64,000 nt of DNA from Nymphaea colorata (lineage: Eukaryota), in NCBI RefSeq assembly GCF_008831285.2, contig NC_045138.2:11160001-11224000 (forward strand). Reading direction: 5' to 3'. The notes beneath the pieces are model-generated. The model ran no database searches and was not told the origin of the DNA. It was given only the letters and a program-made list of their open reading frames with translations. The translations under genes and the position numbers were made by a program. Positions 40,411 through 53,270 of the stretch are shown here, piece by piece. How positions within the stretch are numbered: the stretch's first letter is position 1; each line of letters starts with the position of its first letter.

Positions 40411-41894
40411 ATGGGTCTAGTGCCCAAAGTTAAATGCAAATTGCTGTAAAAAATTATTGAAATTACTGATGTTATATTTGAATATCTGAAGTATAATCTT
40501 TCTGAAAAAATTTGGAGCGATAACAAAAGATTCAAACGTTTGTTTTGCAGTTATTTCTAATTGTTGGATTGGTTTTCTAGTTATTTCTAACTGTTGGATT
40601 GGTTCAATCCGGTCGAGTCCTCCCAAAGTGCTGATGTCTTTGAAACTTTGACATTTTGTATTACTCCTCTATCCTCCTGATTCCCTCAAAGCTTTACCGG
40701 AAGCACTTTTATGTTTGGTATGATGAAATTTGTAGATTTTTATCTAAGTCACTCGGACTTTTTTATTTTACTGTCGCACCTGAGTCGCATCGAGTCGGGT
40801 GCGCACCGGATATGAGTGCGGCTCTGACTCACACCTGAGCCTAATTAAAATGTCATATTACTAAATTACTTATATAATATATATTGTTTTGATATTTTAT
40901 TATCCAATACAATTATTCAAGTATGTTATATATATTAATAACTAAATTGTAATAATAATATATACATGTTTATTCTGTTAGAATAATAATAACAAAATAC
41001 TCTCACCGCCGCAGCGCGGCACTTAAATTTTTTAAGATGTGCTGCTCCAACACCCGCACTCGGGTAAAATAGATTTTCATGCTGGCCAGATGGCAGTACA
41101 AAATGAAGGATAAGCAGCTCGTTTGTGTTTGGCATCGACATTTTAAGCATGATCGTCCATGCCTTTAACGACCACGTTCACCGTCGACAGTGCTTTGCCC
41201 CACACCCAAACGCCAAGTGAGTGATGCTTTGTCTTGTGGGTTCTTTCTCACAACCAATTTTACCGTCAGCATTGCAAGTATTGACCGTGACGATCTACCG
41301 ACTGTCAATAGAAATCCATTGGGGGATACTGCATGTTGTTTGTATGTTTTTTCCATATGTTAGAGTAACATTGAACTTTATAGAGTGTGAAAGCGCTTAT
41401 TCAATTTCTTCAAAGATCCATCCATCAAAACAAAATTATAACAAAACACATAGGTATTATGAAAATAGAATGCTCAACCTCATTCCAAGAATAACATATA
41501 TTCACTTTTTCCTTGCTCATGGTTTTATTTCTCATTCACTAGCTTATTTCTTTCTTCCAACTTGACGACCAGTTTTCTTCAACTTAAGTTGTTTGTTATA
41601 AGCCTAAAATTAAGATAGGAAAATACATGTTTGCGTTCTTGCACGAAAATGATATTTAAGTCAAAGCTATAACTTCTTCGTGATAATTATAAATAACATT
41701 AGAATATAATTTGTGGGCCCCATAGGTTTATGAAAATTTAGTTGCTAAAGCTGGTTATATACATCACTACTTCCGTTGAAGTGCTTCATTTTAATTATGA
41801 TAAAAAAGAACTCATTATTAATAAAATAAACTTTTTGTATGGATAAAAGCAAAAACCACAAAAAAAAAAACGTTACATTTTTTTTTGTCTTACT

Positions 41895-42243
41895 TATATT
41901 GTTATTTTATTATCTCATAAATATTTTATTATCTCATACTTATGTTTAGCATTGTTTCATACATCCTTCTATTGTCTCATTGTCTCATAAATATGCTATT
42001 ACTTCATAAACAATATTTTATACTTATGTTTAGTTATCTCATTATTTCATAAATTTTTTATTATCTCATAAACATTATCTCATATTTATGTTTAGCTTTT
42101 TCTTATATATGTATGTTTGTTATCTCATTGTTTCGTAAATATTATCTTATATTTATTTATTATTGTATACCTATTTATTATTTTATATTTATTTATTATT
42201 TTATATTTATTTGTAATCTCATATATGTATATGTAATATTTAA

Positions 42244-42290
<47 letters not shown>
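41895..42290. repeat. AT-rich degenerate ttatctcat array followed by (TA)n
   Basis: Many ttatctcat/tatgtttag copies, then a (TA)n tract at ~42248-42287. Confidence 0.7.
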
Positions 42291-42933
42291 ATGTTCAAAA
42301 CCGACTTATGCTCATTGCCTATCGCCTACTTAAGAGCGACGGTGGGTCTCGTCTGCCCTGCAAGGCAACGCCATCGTCTCTCGCCGTTCAGCCGGATGAT
42401 GGCCTTTTTGTTTCTTTACATATATTTTTCTGTAATGGTTCAACTGATGATGACGGCGATGTCCTGGAAGGACGACGTCATCATCCCTCACAGAGGGCGA
42501 TTTTGTGTTATTCTTTTGTAATTTACTGTCTAGAAAACTTCAATATTAAGAAGCACTTTTGGTACTCAAGCGTCCCATTTTCACGCTTCCCGCTAGCAGG
42601 CCGCTGTTTGAGAATTAAGTGAAATAGTGGGCGGCGATCTGTTAATCTCTCAATTTTTGAGCGGTGTGCTGCTATTTGGTATCTTTTTCTCAATGGGTTA
42701 GATCTTGTTTCTGGTTTTCGACTTTTCGGCATTTTTGCCGCGACCTGCGTTTGACAGTATGAAGGTCTGAGTCTTTTCCCGACTTCAGACCGGGAACATT
42801 TTGAAGGTTGTTTATGAGAACTCGATTTTCTTTGTTTTGGTGTCTTAGTTGGTAGCGATGGCGTGGGTTAGCCTAGACTTTTAGGGAGATCGTTCGTTCG
42901 TACGGGGGATTTGAGTCAAACAACTGAAGTTTG

Positions 42934-44406
42934 ATGTTGTGGAGATGCAGAGCCCAATGCCGAACCACCCATTTCATCTTCTCCGTCAGTTTCCTCAGAA
43001 GCATGACGACTTCGTGCCGGCCAATTCATACGTGTGAATCTGAAGCAGGAAGCGGTTACGGCGACTTGACACGCACCTTTCTTACAGCTCCTTCGGATTC
43101 TTGCATTTTCTCGAGGAAACTAGAGGATGTAATGGCCGTTATTGTTGATAACAAGGGTTTTGAGGGTATTAGGGCTTCCAATCTATGGAACGAGGATTTG
43201 GTTGCAGCATGTTTGCGGTCCTTTCCGAGGATTTACTTTCAGAGCGAAAGGTCGGTTGGATGCCAGAAGGGCTTCAGGAGAAGGTCTCCTTTGAAACAGA
43301 GGAATCTGTGGCAAGAATATAAGGATTCAAGCAATGGAGTTAGAATTTATGGTCCTGCTGCCTATAGAGATCAGCGGAGAGTACTCGAGGGCGTGAATAA
43401 AGCGTTGAACTTCTACACTTGGGTTGAATCAGGGGGAGGTTTCACCCACACTGACATCACTTGCAGAGAGATGGCCTACGTCTTGGCCAAAGCGAACTGC
43501 TTGAAGAAGCTGTGGCAATTTCTTCACGAAATGAGCAGAAGGGGTGCCCCAAACGAGCTGGTGAAGACGGCTACTATAACTGCTGTCATCAAGGTGCTGG
43601 GGGAGGAAGGCCTGGTGAAGGAAGCGTTGATGGCATTCTACAGAATGAAGCAATTCTGGTGCAAACCGGATGTGGTTGCATACAACACTGTGATTGTAGC
43701 ACTATGCAGAATAGGAGACTTCAAGAAGGCGAAGTTTCTTGTTGATAAAATGGGGGTTCCTGGGTCTAGATGTCCGCCTGATGCATTTACTTACACAATT
43801 TTGATTGGTTCTTACTGCAAGCATAGCATGAAAACTGGTTGCCTGAAGGCGATTAAGCGGAGGCTATGGGAAGCTAACCATCTGTTCAGGATCATGCTGT
43901 CCAAAGGGCTTAAACCTGACACAGTTACCTACAATTGCTTGATTGATGGACTCTGCAAAAATTATAGGATAGGAAGGGCACTTGAACTCTTGGATTCAAT
44001 GATCACTAGCGGATGTTCTCCGAATAGAGTGACCTATAACTCATTCATTAGGTACTATAGTACTGTTAATGAGATTGACAAAGCAATAGAAATGTTAGTC
44101 CTTATGACCACGAGGAACCATGGTGTACCCACTTCAAGTTCTTATACCCCAATCATCCATGCGTTATGTGAGAGTGGTCGGGTATGTGAGGCACGTGAGT
44201 TCCTGGTGAAGATGGTTAAGGGTGGATCAGTTCCTAGGGTGTATACCTATAATCTGGTAATAGATTCATTGCACTCAGCTGGTGAATCTGGATTGCCAGA
44301 TGAAGTTCGTCGTACAATTGAAGATCAGATTGATATTAGATTCAGGACTATAAAGAATATAAAGCCAATAACATCAGACTACACACACTTCCAGAGGGAT
44401 TCATAG
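42934..44406 (+). CDS. P-class PPR protein, At1g77405-like (intronless CDS)
   Basis: P-type PPR repeats (KPDVVAYNTVIVALCR, PDTVTYNCLIDGLCK, PNRVTYNSFIRYY). QKGFRRRSPLKQRNL and AIKRRLWEANHLFR resemble At1g77405 as I recall it. ATG at 42934; the track start at 42931 is a TTG. Confidence 0.88.
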   Translation: MLWRCRAQCRTTHFIFSVSFLRSMTTSCRPIHTCESEAGSGYGDLTRTFLTAPSDSCIFSRKLEDVMAVIVDNKGFEGIRASNLWNEDLVAACLRSFPRIYFQSERSVGCQKGFRRRSPLKQRNLWQEYKDSSNGVRIYGPAAYRDQRRVLEGVNKALNFYTWVESGGGFTHTDITCREMAYVLAKANCLKKLWQFLHEMSRRGAPNELVKTATITAVIKVLGEEGLVKEALMAFYRMKQFWCKPDVVAYNTVIVALCRIGDFKKAKFLVDKMGVPGSRCPPDAFTYTILIGSYCKHSMKTGCLKAIKRRLWEANHLFRIMLSKGLKPDTVTYNCLIDGLCKNYRIGRALELLDSMITSGCSPNRVTYNSFIRYYSTVNEIDKAIEMLVLMTTRNHGVPTSSSYTPIIHALCESGRVCEAREFLVKMVKGGSVPRVYTYNLVIDSLHSAGESGLPDEVRRTIEDQIDIRFRTIKNIKPITSDYTHFQRDS

Positions 44407-45403
44407 AGATAATTTAGTTAGGTAGGTTGGCCGGCTTCACACCACTCCCCTTGTTTTTATGGTAGGTTCTCTTTGTCGTCTCTGTTAATATTTTCAGTTG
44501 TATTCTGTATATGTTGGTTCGATAGTTTTTATTGATGTAGCAACTGCTACGCCATGTTTGAGTTTCACTGTTTTACCTTTTCCTTTCAACACGATTGTGG
44601 CTTCAGAAATTTATTTTGTTGAAGAAAAGAATCTTGTATTCAGAATATACTTTTACACGCATTAGCTCATGGCTGTGCATATGTGCATGTGTGGATGCAC
44701 ATACGCAGGTGTATGTGTGCGGCATTTCCTATCATCCTATCTGATTAATTTGTCTGCCATAGAGGTTCTTGTACGCAATGACTTCAGAGGTTTTAACTTT
44801 TGTTTTATGGATATGGATGCGCCTGTATGTTATGAAATAGAACGTCAGCTTTGTTATTTAGTTTGTAAGACTCTTCTTAAGTTGTATTCGATGTTCCGCA
44901 CAGAAGCTCTGATAATTTGATTTGAGAATTTCACTCGAGTGATAGAAATGCTGAGAAAATGTGTCTGTTTCTGAGTTTTCGGAGGATCCCATTGATGGCA
45001 TATTGGCATTACATCATCAGTTAGCTGATTCTTTCTGGTTTGTTTATTTGGTTGCTTACACATGCATTACTAACCACCATTTTTTATTACCTGTTAGATG
45101 TTTTTATTGAAGAATTTCTCTATGTTGGAATAGTCAATGGAAATGAAAAGCATGGATTTGGTTAGCCCCTGTAATTGCCTAGCTCTTTAGTGTGAGCATT
45201 AGGGTATCTTGAGCCAGGAGTTCAGTTCCTCCTATGTGCAGACATGCAGTGGCAGTGGAGCCTTTACTTGCGATGGCATACTATGAGGGCGCATGTTGAA
45301 AGCTTTGTTACTGTTTTACAGAGCTGCGTTACATTTAATTTTGCCTGATCTGCTCGCCTGTCCTAGTTGTGTTGTAGCTCTTCTAGTTAGAAGGGCATAT
45401 AAT

Positions 45404-45685
45404 TGTGAGAATCTTCAGAAGTTCGTGTCTCTCCGAGTGAAAACAAGAATGATTGAGAAGAGATGATAGAGAAGAAGTTGATGGAGGCAAAGGTGCAGCC
45501 GGCGCTTAGTGGCCCTACAATCCTTAAACACTATTATAACATTAACCTAATCTGAATACAACAGATTGTACACAAAAGTGTAAAAAATTACAAGTGTGCC
45601 ACCGCCTAGTACATTTGGGCGTGTGGATTATAAAAGAATTGGATCGGGTCTGGACAGACCCGATCCCATGCACACAAACTTAACA
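45404..45685 (-). repeat. 3' LTR of the copia element
   Basis: Direct repeat of 50160-50441, adjacent to the PPT. Confidence 0.95.
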
Positions 45686-45739
45686 GCCCCCCTCAAGTTG
45701 TGCATGAGATTTGATCATGCATAACTTGTTCTTCAATTC

Positions 45740-48700
45740 CTAGAAGTGCTGCCCTGTGAGTCCTTTGGTGAAGAGATCAGCTATTTGTTCACTGGTGGAT
45801 ATATACGTAGGCAAGATCTCAGCTTCTGCAACCTTCTGACGGATGAAGTGTTGATCAATCTCTATGTGTTTGGTGCGATTATGTAGAACTGGGTTGAAGG
45901 CAATCTTTATTGCACTTTGGTTGTCACATAGTAACGATGATTGAACAATAGGAAGAGTGAGCTCGCCAAGCAAATGTCATAACCATGACGCTTCAGCTGT
46001 CCCGGCAGCCATTGCTCTATATTCTGCCTCAGTGCTCGATCTAAGGCAGAAACCTGAAACTGAGCGTCGGTCATCAGGATCTCCTGCCCAGTCTGCATCA
46101 GTATAAGTATATATGCTATGTCCAAGAGAAACATTGGGACACTTTGTATAGATCAATCCATCCCCAAGTGTAGCTTTGAGATACCGTAAGATCCGCTTAG
46201 CGGCATCCATATGTCCTTCCGTGGGTGCATGCATAAATTGAGAGATCTGATTTACAGCATAGACTATGTCTGGGCGGGTAAAGGTAAGGTATTGTAACAT
46301 ACCAACAATGCTGCGATAGAAGGTAGGATTTGAATAGGCAGCGGTTCCATCAGAGGCAGCCAATTTAGTGTTTAGAACACTAGGAGTAGTTATGGGTTTG
46401 CAATTAATCATACCTGCCTTGTCCAAAATATCAAGAGTATACTTATGCTGCGTAAGAGTCAATCGATCATTTGCCCTGTCAAGTTCAACACCGAAGAAGT
46501 ACCGAAGTTCGCCGAGATCTTTCATCTTGAATTCTTGTTGCAACAGATCCTTAACATAAGATATATGAGAAGAAGAATTCCCAGTTATAACAATATCATC
46601 TACATAGATAAGTAACCAAGTAGTAGCTTCTTCGGTATGATACATAAACAAGGAATGATCTAGAGAGCTTCGTAGAAAACCAACTTGTTGTATATGATGA
46701 GAAAACTGATCGAACCATGATCTAGAAGCTTGCTTCAGTCCATATAAAGACTTGTGTAACTTACAAACCCATTTTTGAGGATCATGAGTATTGTAGCCGG
46801 GAGGTTGCTCCATGTATACCTCTTCCTTAAGAATCCCATGAAGAAAAGCATTTTTGACATCTAACTGATAAAGAGGCCACCCATATGAGACTGCAAGAGA
46901 AATAATCACACGTATTATGCCCATCTTGATAACCAGACTGAATGTTTCATCATAATCTTCCCCATATTGCTGTGTGAAACCGCGCGCCACAAGACGTGCT
47001 TTATGTCGATCAATGCTACCATCTGGCTTATATTTCAGTTTGTAGACCCATTTGGAGCCCACAACATTCTTATCAGTTGGACGAGGGACAATCTGCCAAG
47101 TCTGACACTCATGCAAGGCTGCCATTTCCTCATTCATAACTTCAACCCAACATTTTTCCTTACTTGCATGGTGATAGGATTTTGGTTCGACCTTCTTGCT
47201 GACTTTTGTCATAAACAATTGAAAATCTAAAGAAAAGTTGTTATAACTTACCCACCGATCAATGGGATGTCGCACACGTTGGGACTGACGTGGGGCTGCA
47301 GTAGGAGCTAATCGCCTAGAGTACACAAGGCTTGAGAACCGACTATGTATAGATGAATCATGGGGTTGTGAGGATGAGGGCATGCTGTCCAAGGAATCGC
47401 TCACAAGTGTCTCAGGCTCATTAACATCTTGCTCCTCGTGCTCAGTCAAACGGTTAGCCCCTTGTCTTAGGATTTCAGCATGCAGCCAAGTATCATAAAC
47501 CTCATTTTTATCCTTGATTGAGTGTCATGCAAGTAGCCTTGGGATCTTGTAACATGTTTTCATCAAAAACAACATGCCGTGAAATATGAACACGCTCAGT
47601 TTTAGGGTTGTAATATCTATAACCCTTGTAGTTTTCTGCATACCCTATAAATCTGCACAAAATAGCACGATCCTGAAACTTGTTACGTAAGGAAACATCA
47701 ACATGCACATAGCAAACACATCCAAAAACACGCAATTCCTCATAGCGTGGCTGCTCTTGATGTAATAAAAAATATGGGGATTTGCCATCAAGCAAAGCCA
47801 ATGGCAGTTGATTTATAACATGGACAGCCGTATGAAAAGCCTCAGTCCACAATGTCATGGGTAAGTCTGTGTCATGCATCATGCTGAGCGCGCTTTCAAC
47901 AATATGTCTATGTTTCCGTTCAACAATTCCATTTTGCTGAGGAGTATGTGGGCATGAAATCTGTCTAGTGATCCCATTATCTAGTAGATACTCAGTAAAT
48001 TCATTAGAAATAAATTCACCACCATCATCACATTGAAAATGCACAATATTACTAGAGTATTTATTTCGAACCAAGGCATGGAATTGAGTAAACAAACGGA
48101 AAACTTCAGATTTGTGTTTCATGAAGTGTATCCAAGTATGTCGGGAATATGAATCTATAAAAATGACATAGTACCTACTCCCAGAAGAAGAGGGAATTGG
48201 AGCAGGCCCCCAAACATCAGAATATATGGTGTCAAAAATCCTTGAAGCTCTTTTATTAATTGACTGAAAAGGAAGGGCATGGCTTTTACAAAGATGACAA
48301 CTCGAGCACATGCTGGACTCACTGACTGAACTCAGACTGGACTTATCTAAGAGTCCGTCTGCAACAAGACTTCGAACAAAAGACTGACTACAATGAGCTA
48401 ACCGACCATGCCAAATGGATGGCTTATTATACTCTGCGACATTGACTTCCATTATGACTTGAAGAACATGAATCTGGAGGGTGAGGTTTGGACAGCTTTG
48501 GAGCTTCTTCAAGGACATACATATCTCATTTGCGAGTGCCCTCAGCGAATGTCTTCTTGGTTTGAGCATCCTTGACATAAACAGAAGATGGTGTGAATTC
48601 AACAGAGGAGTGTGTATCATCAATAAGTTTGGACACTGAGATAATATTTTTCTTGACACTTGGAACAACAAGGACATTCTTTAATGGAATGGAAGAAGAA

Positions 48701-49929
48701 CCCATGGATATTTGTGCATTTCCAATGTGCGATATTGTGTGATGGGAACCATCTCCCGTGACTACTGAGCCTTGATCTAAATAAGGGGAAACACTAGAGA
48801 GATTACCTGTGTCACCAGTAACGTGGGCTGCTGCTCCGGAGTCCACATACCACTCTCCTTGCTCATTTTGCTTCAAGTTAAGTTTGGATAAGACTGTCAT
48901 TAGAAGTTGTTGCACGTCTGCTGAAACCTTTGAAGTTGGATTTGATCTAGATGAGGATAGAGCTGACCCCACTGCTGTCCTGTTCTCGCGCCTGACCTGA
49001 CTATTCTTGTTCTGAGGATTGTGCCAACATTCTGATTTTACATGCCCCTTCTTGTTGCAATAGAAGCATGTCGGAATTCTTCTAGATGTGGCAGAGGTAG
49101 TATTCATGTTTGGCGGTGTTGGGAGAATCCCTCTTCCCATGCCTGCCTGAGGAGTCCAAGAACGAGTGCGATTTCCTTGCAGTGCGTGAGTTCCTGTGAT
49201 CAGTACATTGTGGCTGTTGGAAGGAATCATATTATGTCGTTGAACTCGACTAGCTTCATGTTGAAAAAGCTTAGCCTTTAGATCTTCAAAAGATGGGAGA
49301 ACAGGTAAGACTTCCAAGGCTGTGCAAAAAATATCAAATTCTGTTCCCAATCCACCTAAGGCTTGTTGGACTTTGTCCTTGTCGCTGACGGGATGTCCAA
49401 TTGCAGCAAGCTGATCACTAACACTCTTGATTTCATTCAAATACTCCAAAACTGTATGTGTCCCACGCTTGATATGCTGAAATTGCCTTCTTAATTGTAG
49501 AAAACGTGCTTCCGAGACTTGAGAATATGTTGTGGCAAGGGTAGACCACAACTCTAGGGCAGTTAAATCATCATCAATACCTCCCAATACCTCTTCAGGT
49601 AGAAGTGATATAAGCAACAAGAGACTGGTCGTGAGCCAGCCAAACTTCATATTCGGGATTGCTCTCAGGAAGAGTTTCATATTCAAAACTGATTTCACTT
49701 CCAACCGATGACCCAACACCTTTATCTCCTACGACTGTCTTCTTTACTTCACGGTTAACATACTTTGGAGGTGCTGGAGTAGTCCCATCGATGTGCCCAT
49801 ACAGTCTATGGCTCTTAATAAATAGGACAATTTGACGTTTCCAAGTCAAATAATTACTATGGTTCAGTTTTTGAGAGATGAGTTGTGAGAGAAAACTAGA
49901 GATAGAAGAGAGGGAGCTGGCTGGTCCAT
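45740..49929 (-). pseudogene. Copia gag-pol polyprotein pseudogene
   Basis: Split over ORFs 49595-49849, 48526-49719, 47508-48677, 45977-47449 and 45740-45973 by frameshifts and stops. There is also an in-frame deletion in RNase H near 46042. Confidence 0.9.
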
Positions 49930-50159
49930 GATTGAAAGAGAGGATTAGAGCAGATGGTTTGGGCAGAAATTTTAAAGGTCACGACAGAAATTAGGGCAAA
50001 CCGTGTGATTTAGGGCAAAAAACAGAATTTAGGGCAAATCGTGGGATTAAGGGCAGAAACAGAGTTTGGGGATAACCACGGCAGAAAATAAGATTTAGGG
50101 CAGAATACTCCAAGCTGAAATCACTCACCGGAGGACGATGTAACCTGGTTCTGATACCA

Positions 50160-50441
50160 TGTGAGAATCTTCAAAAGTTCGTGTCTCTCCGGGTGAAAAC
50201 AAGAATGATTGAGAAGAGAGGATAGATAAGAAGTTGATGGACGCAAAGGTGCAGCCGGCGCTTAGTGGCCCTGCAATCCTTAAACACTATTATAACATTA
50301 ACCTAATCTGAATACAACAGATTGTACACAAAAGTGTAAAAAATTACAAGTGTGCCACCGCCTAGTACATTTGGGCGTGTGGATTATAAAAGAATTGGAT
50401 CGGGTCTGGACAGACCCGATCCCATGCACACAAACTTAACA
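50160..50441 (-). repeat. 5' LTR of the copia element
   Basis: Direct repeat of 45404-45685, adjacent to the tRNA-iMet-type PBS. Confidence 0.95.
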
Positions 50442-52049
50442 ATAATTATTTGATGTATGCACAAGCTTTTCCAGTCGGTGCAAATGCTCATATTTTCATT
50501 ATTCTCATTTTCCAATCTGTCTTTGCTTAAGAATGATGCTTTAGTTTTCATTTTGTTTCATGGTGTTTGCTTCGATCTAAAAAGAAATGCTTTCATGTCT
50601 TCAAACTGTTTCTCAATTTCCTTTATTTGGTTGATAATTTTCTAAGGAATCGTGAAGTGTGTTTTTTGATGTAAGTAACATGGGATCAGCCTGGTAATTG
50701 TATCATGTGATTTGTTCCTACTAGGTTGGATGAATAATCATGGCTGCTAACCTGCCTTATCAAGCCTCATCCGGATGACATATTAATGGCCCCTGCAAAG
50801 TAAGCAAATCATTGGTTCAAGGTAGTCCCAGGATTGATGTGCTGACCATTCTCATGTTATAACTATTGCACAACAGTTTTGTGTTTCATCAAAAGTTGAG
50901 AAAGTATGGAGGTTGTGATTTATCAATCATGGATTCTTTAAAAAACTTATTTGTTACAGGGTACATTGCAAATATCCAACGACTAGAATATTCCGCTATT
51001 TCTGTAAAATTTAAATTGTCGTTTCAAACTATGAACTTTGTGTGATCATACATACAATGCTGTCTGAATCTTTTATGCAGCAAGCTGTTTCTGCTGTCAA
51101 CAGAAAAGAGTCATTTTCCAAGCCCGTCACATTGTTGTGAAGGAAAACCTGCATAGTAGCTCATTTGCAGAGGGAGCCATCAAGTTGTTATGTCTTAATC
51201 AGAAGAAGGAGTTGAGGGGAAAGCTAATGTCCTTCCATGCACGTTTAAGGTTTATGGGCTGTCTTCCTCGTAATTAGCTGGAGTCTAGGGTTTATGATGT
51301 TCATACACTAAAGGAATTACTGTGGGGCCAAACATAATTGGTGTTGCAGGCTTTCTATATCTGGCATCTGTAACATGATCATGTCTGTGTTTCAGTTTCT
51401 GGTGGTCTTATTTGTCGAATATGACATAACTTGTTGGTGCTAGCCTTGTTTTGATGCTGTCCTACACGAGCTGTTATGAAAACCTATTATACTATTCAAA
51501 ATTTGAAAAGGATGTGCTAGGCCCACACTTGATCATGATTAGCTCTCTGTGGATATGCACGAACATGGATCCACATTGGTGCTCTGAATTTCTTATTGGG
51601 GTCCAGCTGTTTCATCATGAAGATTATGTAAGCTACGGTTTGGACATCTGACCTACTCTTTGCTGCCTATTTAAGTTTGTTTCCAGTGGACGAGTTTGAT
51701 TCTTCACCTGATTAATTTCGTACATAATGTTTGATTTTTGTATTAGTGTCATACATCTGATTCTAAATTCAAGTGTCATATTTGTGGAACCGTCGGTTAT
51801 GCAATTCCTTCTTATTTCGAGCGTGGATCTGATTATGCCAATGTGCTTATATTGGAAACTAGATTTGCTGGTTCACCTTAACTTATACCAATTGTCTAAG
51901 CCTAATCCATTAATGTTTCTCTAATTGACTGTTGAAGGTAAACCAAGTAATGATTCTACATCTTTCTGAATAGGTGGCCTATGGTGTCCCAGGTAACACA
52001 TTTCATGTTCAAATGCTGTGCATGCAAATAATTATGTTTTGGCGCAAAA

Positions 52050-53270
52050 CATTGTAAGCCTTGTGGTCTACAGAACTTAGAAATCTTTAAGTAGATTCGC
52101 CAACCCTAGGTTCACAATATTACTGTTTGAAGTGGATGTTTGGTCTGAAATGCGACTGAGGTTTGGACGTAAGGAACTGATGGTGTTAACCATTTTCGAT
52201 TGGTCACATTCAGAAATCCAAAACAGCAATTTGACTTGAATCAGGTTGAGGTTCTTTGCACCAGATCTATGGATGCTCATTTTGGGGATCTTCAGAACTC
52301 TGTGTAAATAATCCAATTTGAGACTTCATGCTCTCTCCCTTTAAATGCGAAGCTGACTATTTCCAGTAAACAACTTACTAGTTGGCTGTACCAGCGTCTG
52401 GATTCGGCTCAAGTCCAATCAATATATCTCCCAAGATTATGGCCTTCTTGATGCCATATCAGGATTAACAGTTCGAAGGAGATTCTGATTCAATAAATTA
52501 ACATGTTGGAAATCTCTTCCTGGCGAAAAAATGACGCAAGAAACAATTCTTTTGGATATCATTATAGTTATATGGAAATTACGGCTGGTAAACAAGCTGA
52601 ATCGTAGGGTCCTTAACCTTGCCTTACTTTGATGATGGTCGAAACGACCTAGGGAAAACAAAAATCTTTTACAAGGTCAAGCCCAGAAGGGCTCTCCGTA
52701 CCTGACTAGGTGGGTGATGTTAAAGCCTACAAATATTGGGGCACTGAACTCAATGTTTAAGATGCATTTTTTTTGTTATGTCCCTAAATCAATGAGGAAA
52801 TTTCCCGTGGACCATCGTGGACTAACCATAGCTTCTATGCTGATAAGGGTCAACTAAAATATGCTATTTATAAATGGTCCCTTCGTTGATTCCATGATCT
52901 TCTGTACATCAAAAAAAAAATTGGAGATTTCAATTGCAAGTGCTTAATTAACTCAGTAGACAAGAAGCGTATTTCGAAGTTACTATTGTTGAGATGAAAC
53001 TAACTTTGCGATTGTTGGGTTGCTAGTCAAGCCATCAATAACCAAATTCAACCGACCTCATAACTGATCTTGGCCACGTGCATTGTGAATCACATAACTT
53101 TCACAAATTTCCTTAAATTTATCCAGCATGTTTTCGCGCAGTCTCACCTTCTAGCCATGCCCAGTAACGTAGATCATATGATTTTCCTAAATATGCTGAC
53201 AACCGTGGGAGGCTTGTACGTTCTTTGCGGACAACTCTCAAGAAAATGCACTAAATTTCTTTTGTGATGA
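52050..53270 (-). mobile_element. Possible decayed LINE (L1-like) fragments
   Basis: WPRSVMRSVEFGIDG near 53030-53075 loosely resembles the LINE RNase H W.PP..G.VK.NVDG motif. The rest is degenerate. Confidence 0.25.

Larger units (their letters stand above)
45404..50441 (-). mobile_element. Full-length Ty1/copia LTR retrotransposon, coding-disrupted
   Basis: LTRs at 45404-45685 and 50160-50441 (282 bp each, TG...CA, 6 mismatches); TSD ATAAT at 45399-45403 and 50442-50446; PBS TGGTATCAG (minus, 50151-50159); PPT at 45686-45694. Domain order on minus: gag (CFYCNKKGHVKSEC), PR (WYVDSGA), IN (SDVWGP, QNGIVERKHRH), RT (YVDD), RH (DADWAG). Confidence 0.97.

Noticed and set aside
42445..42770. C/D box snoRNA (TGATGA at ~42445)
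   Set aside because: No D box with a terminal stem at a normal distance and no recognisable guide sequence.
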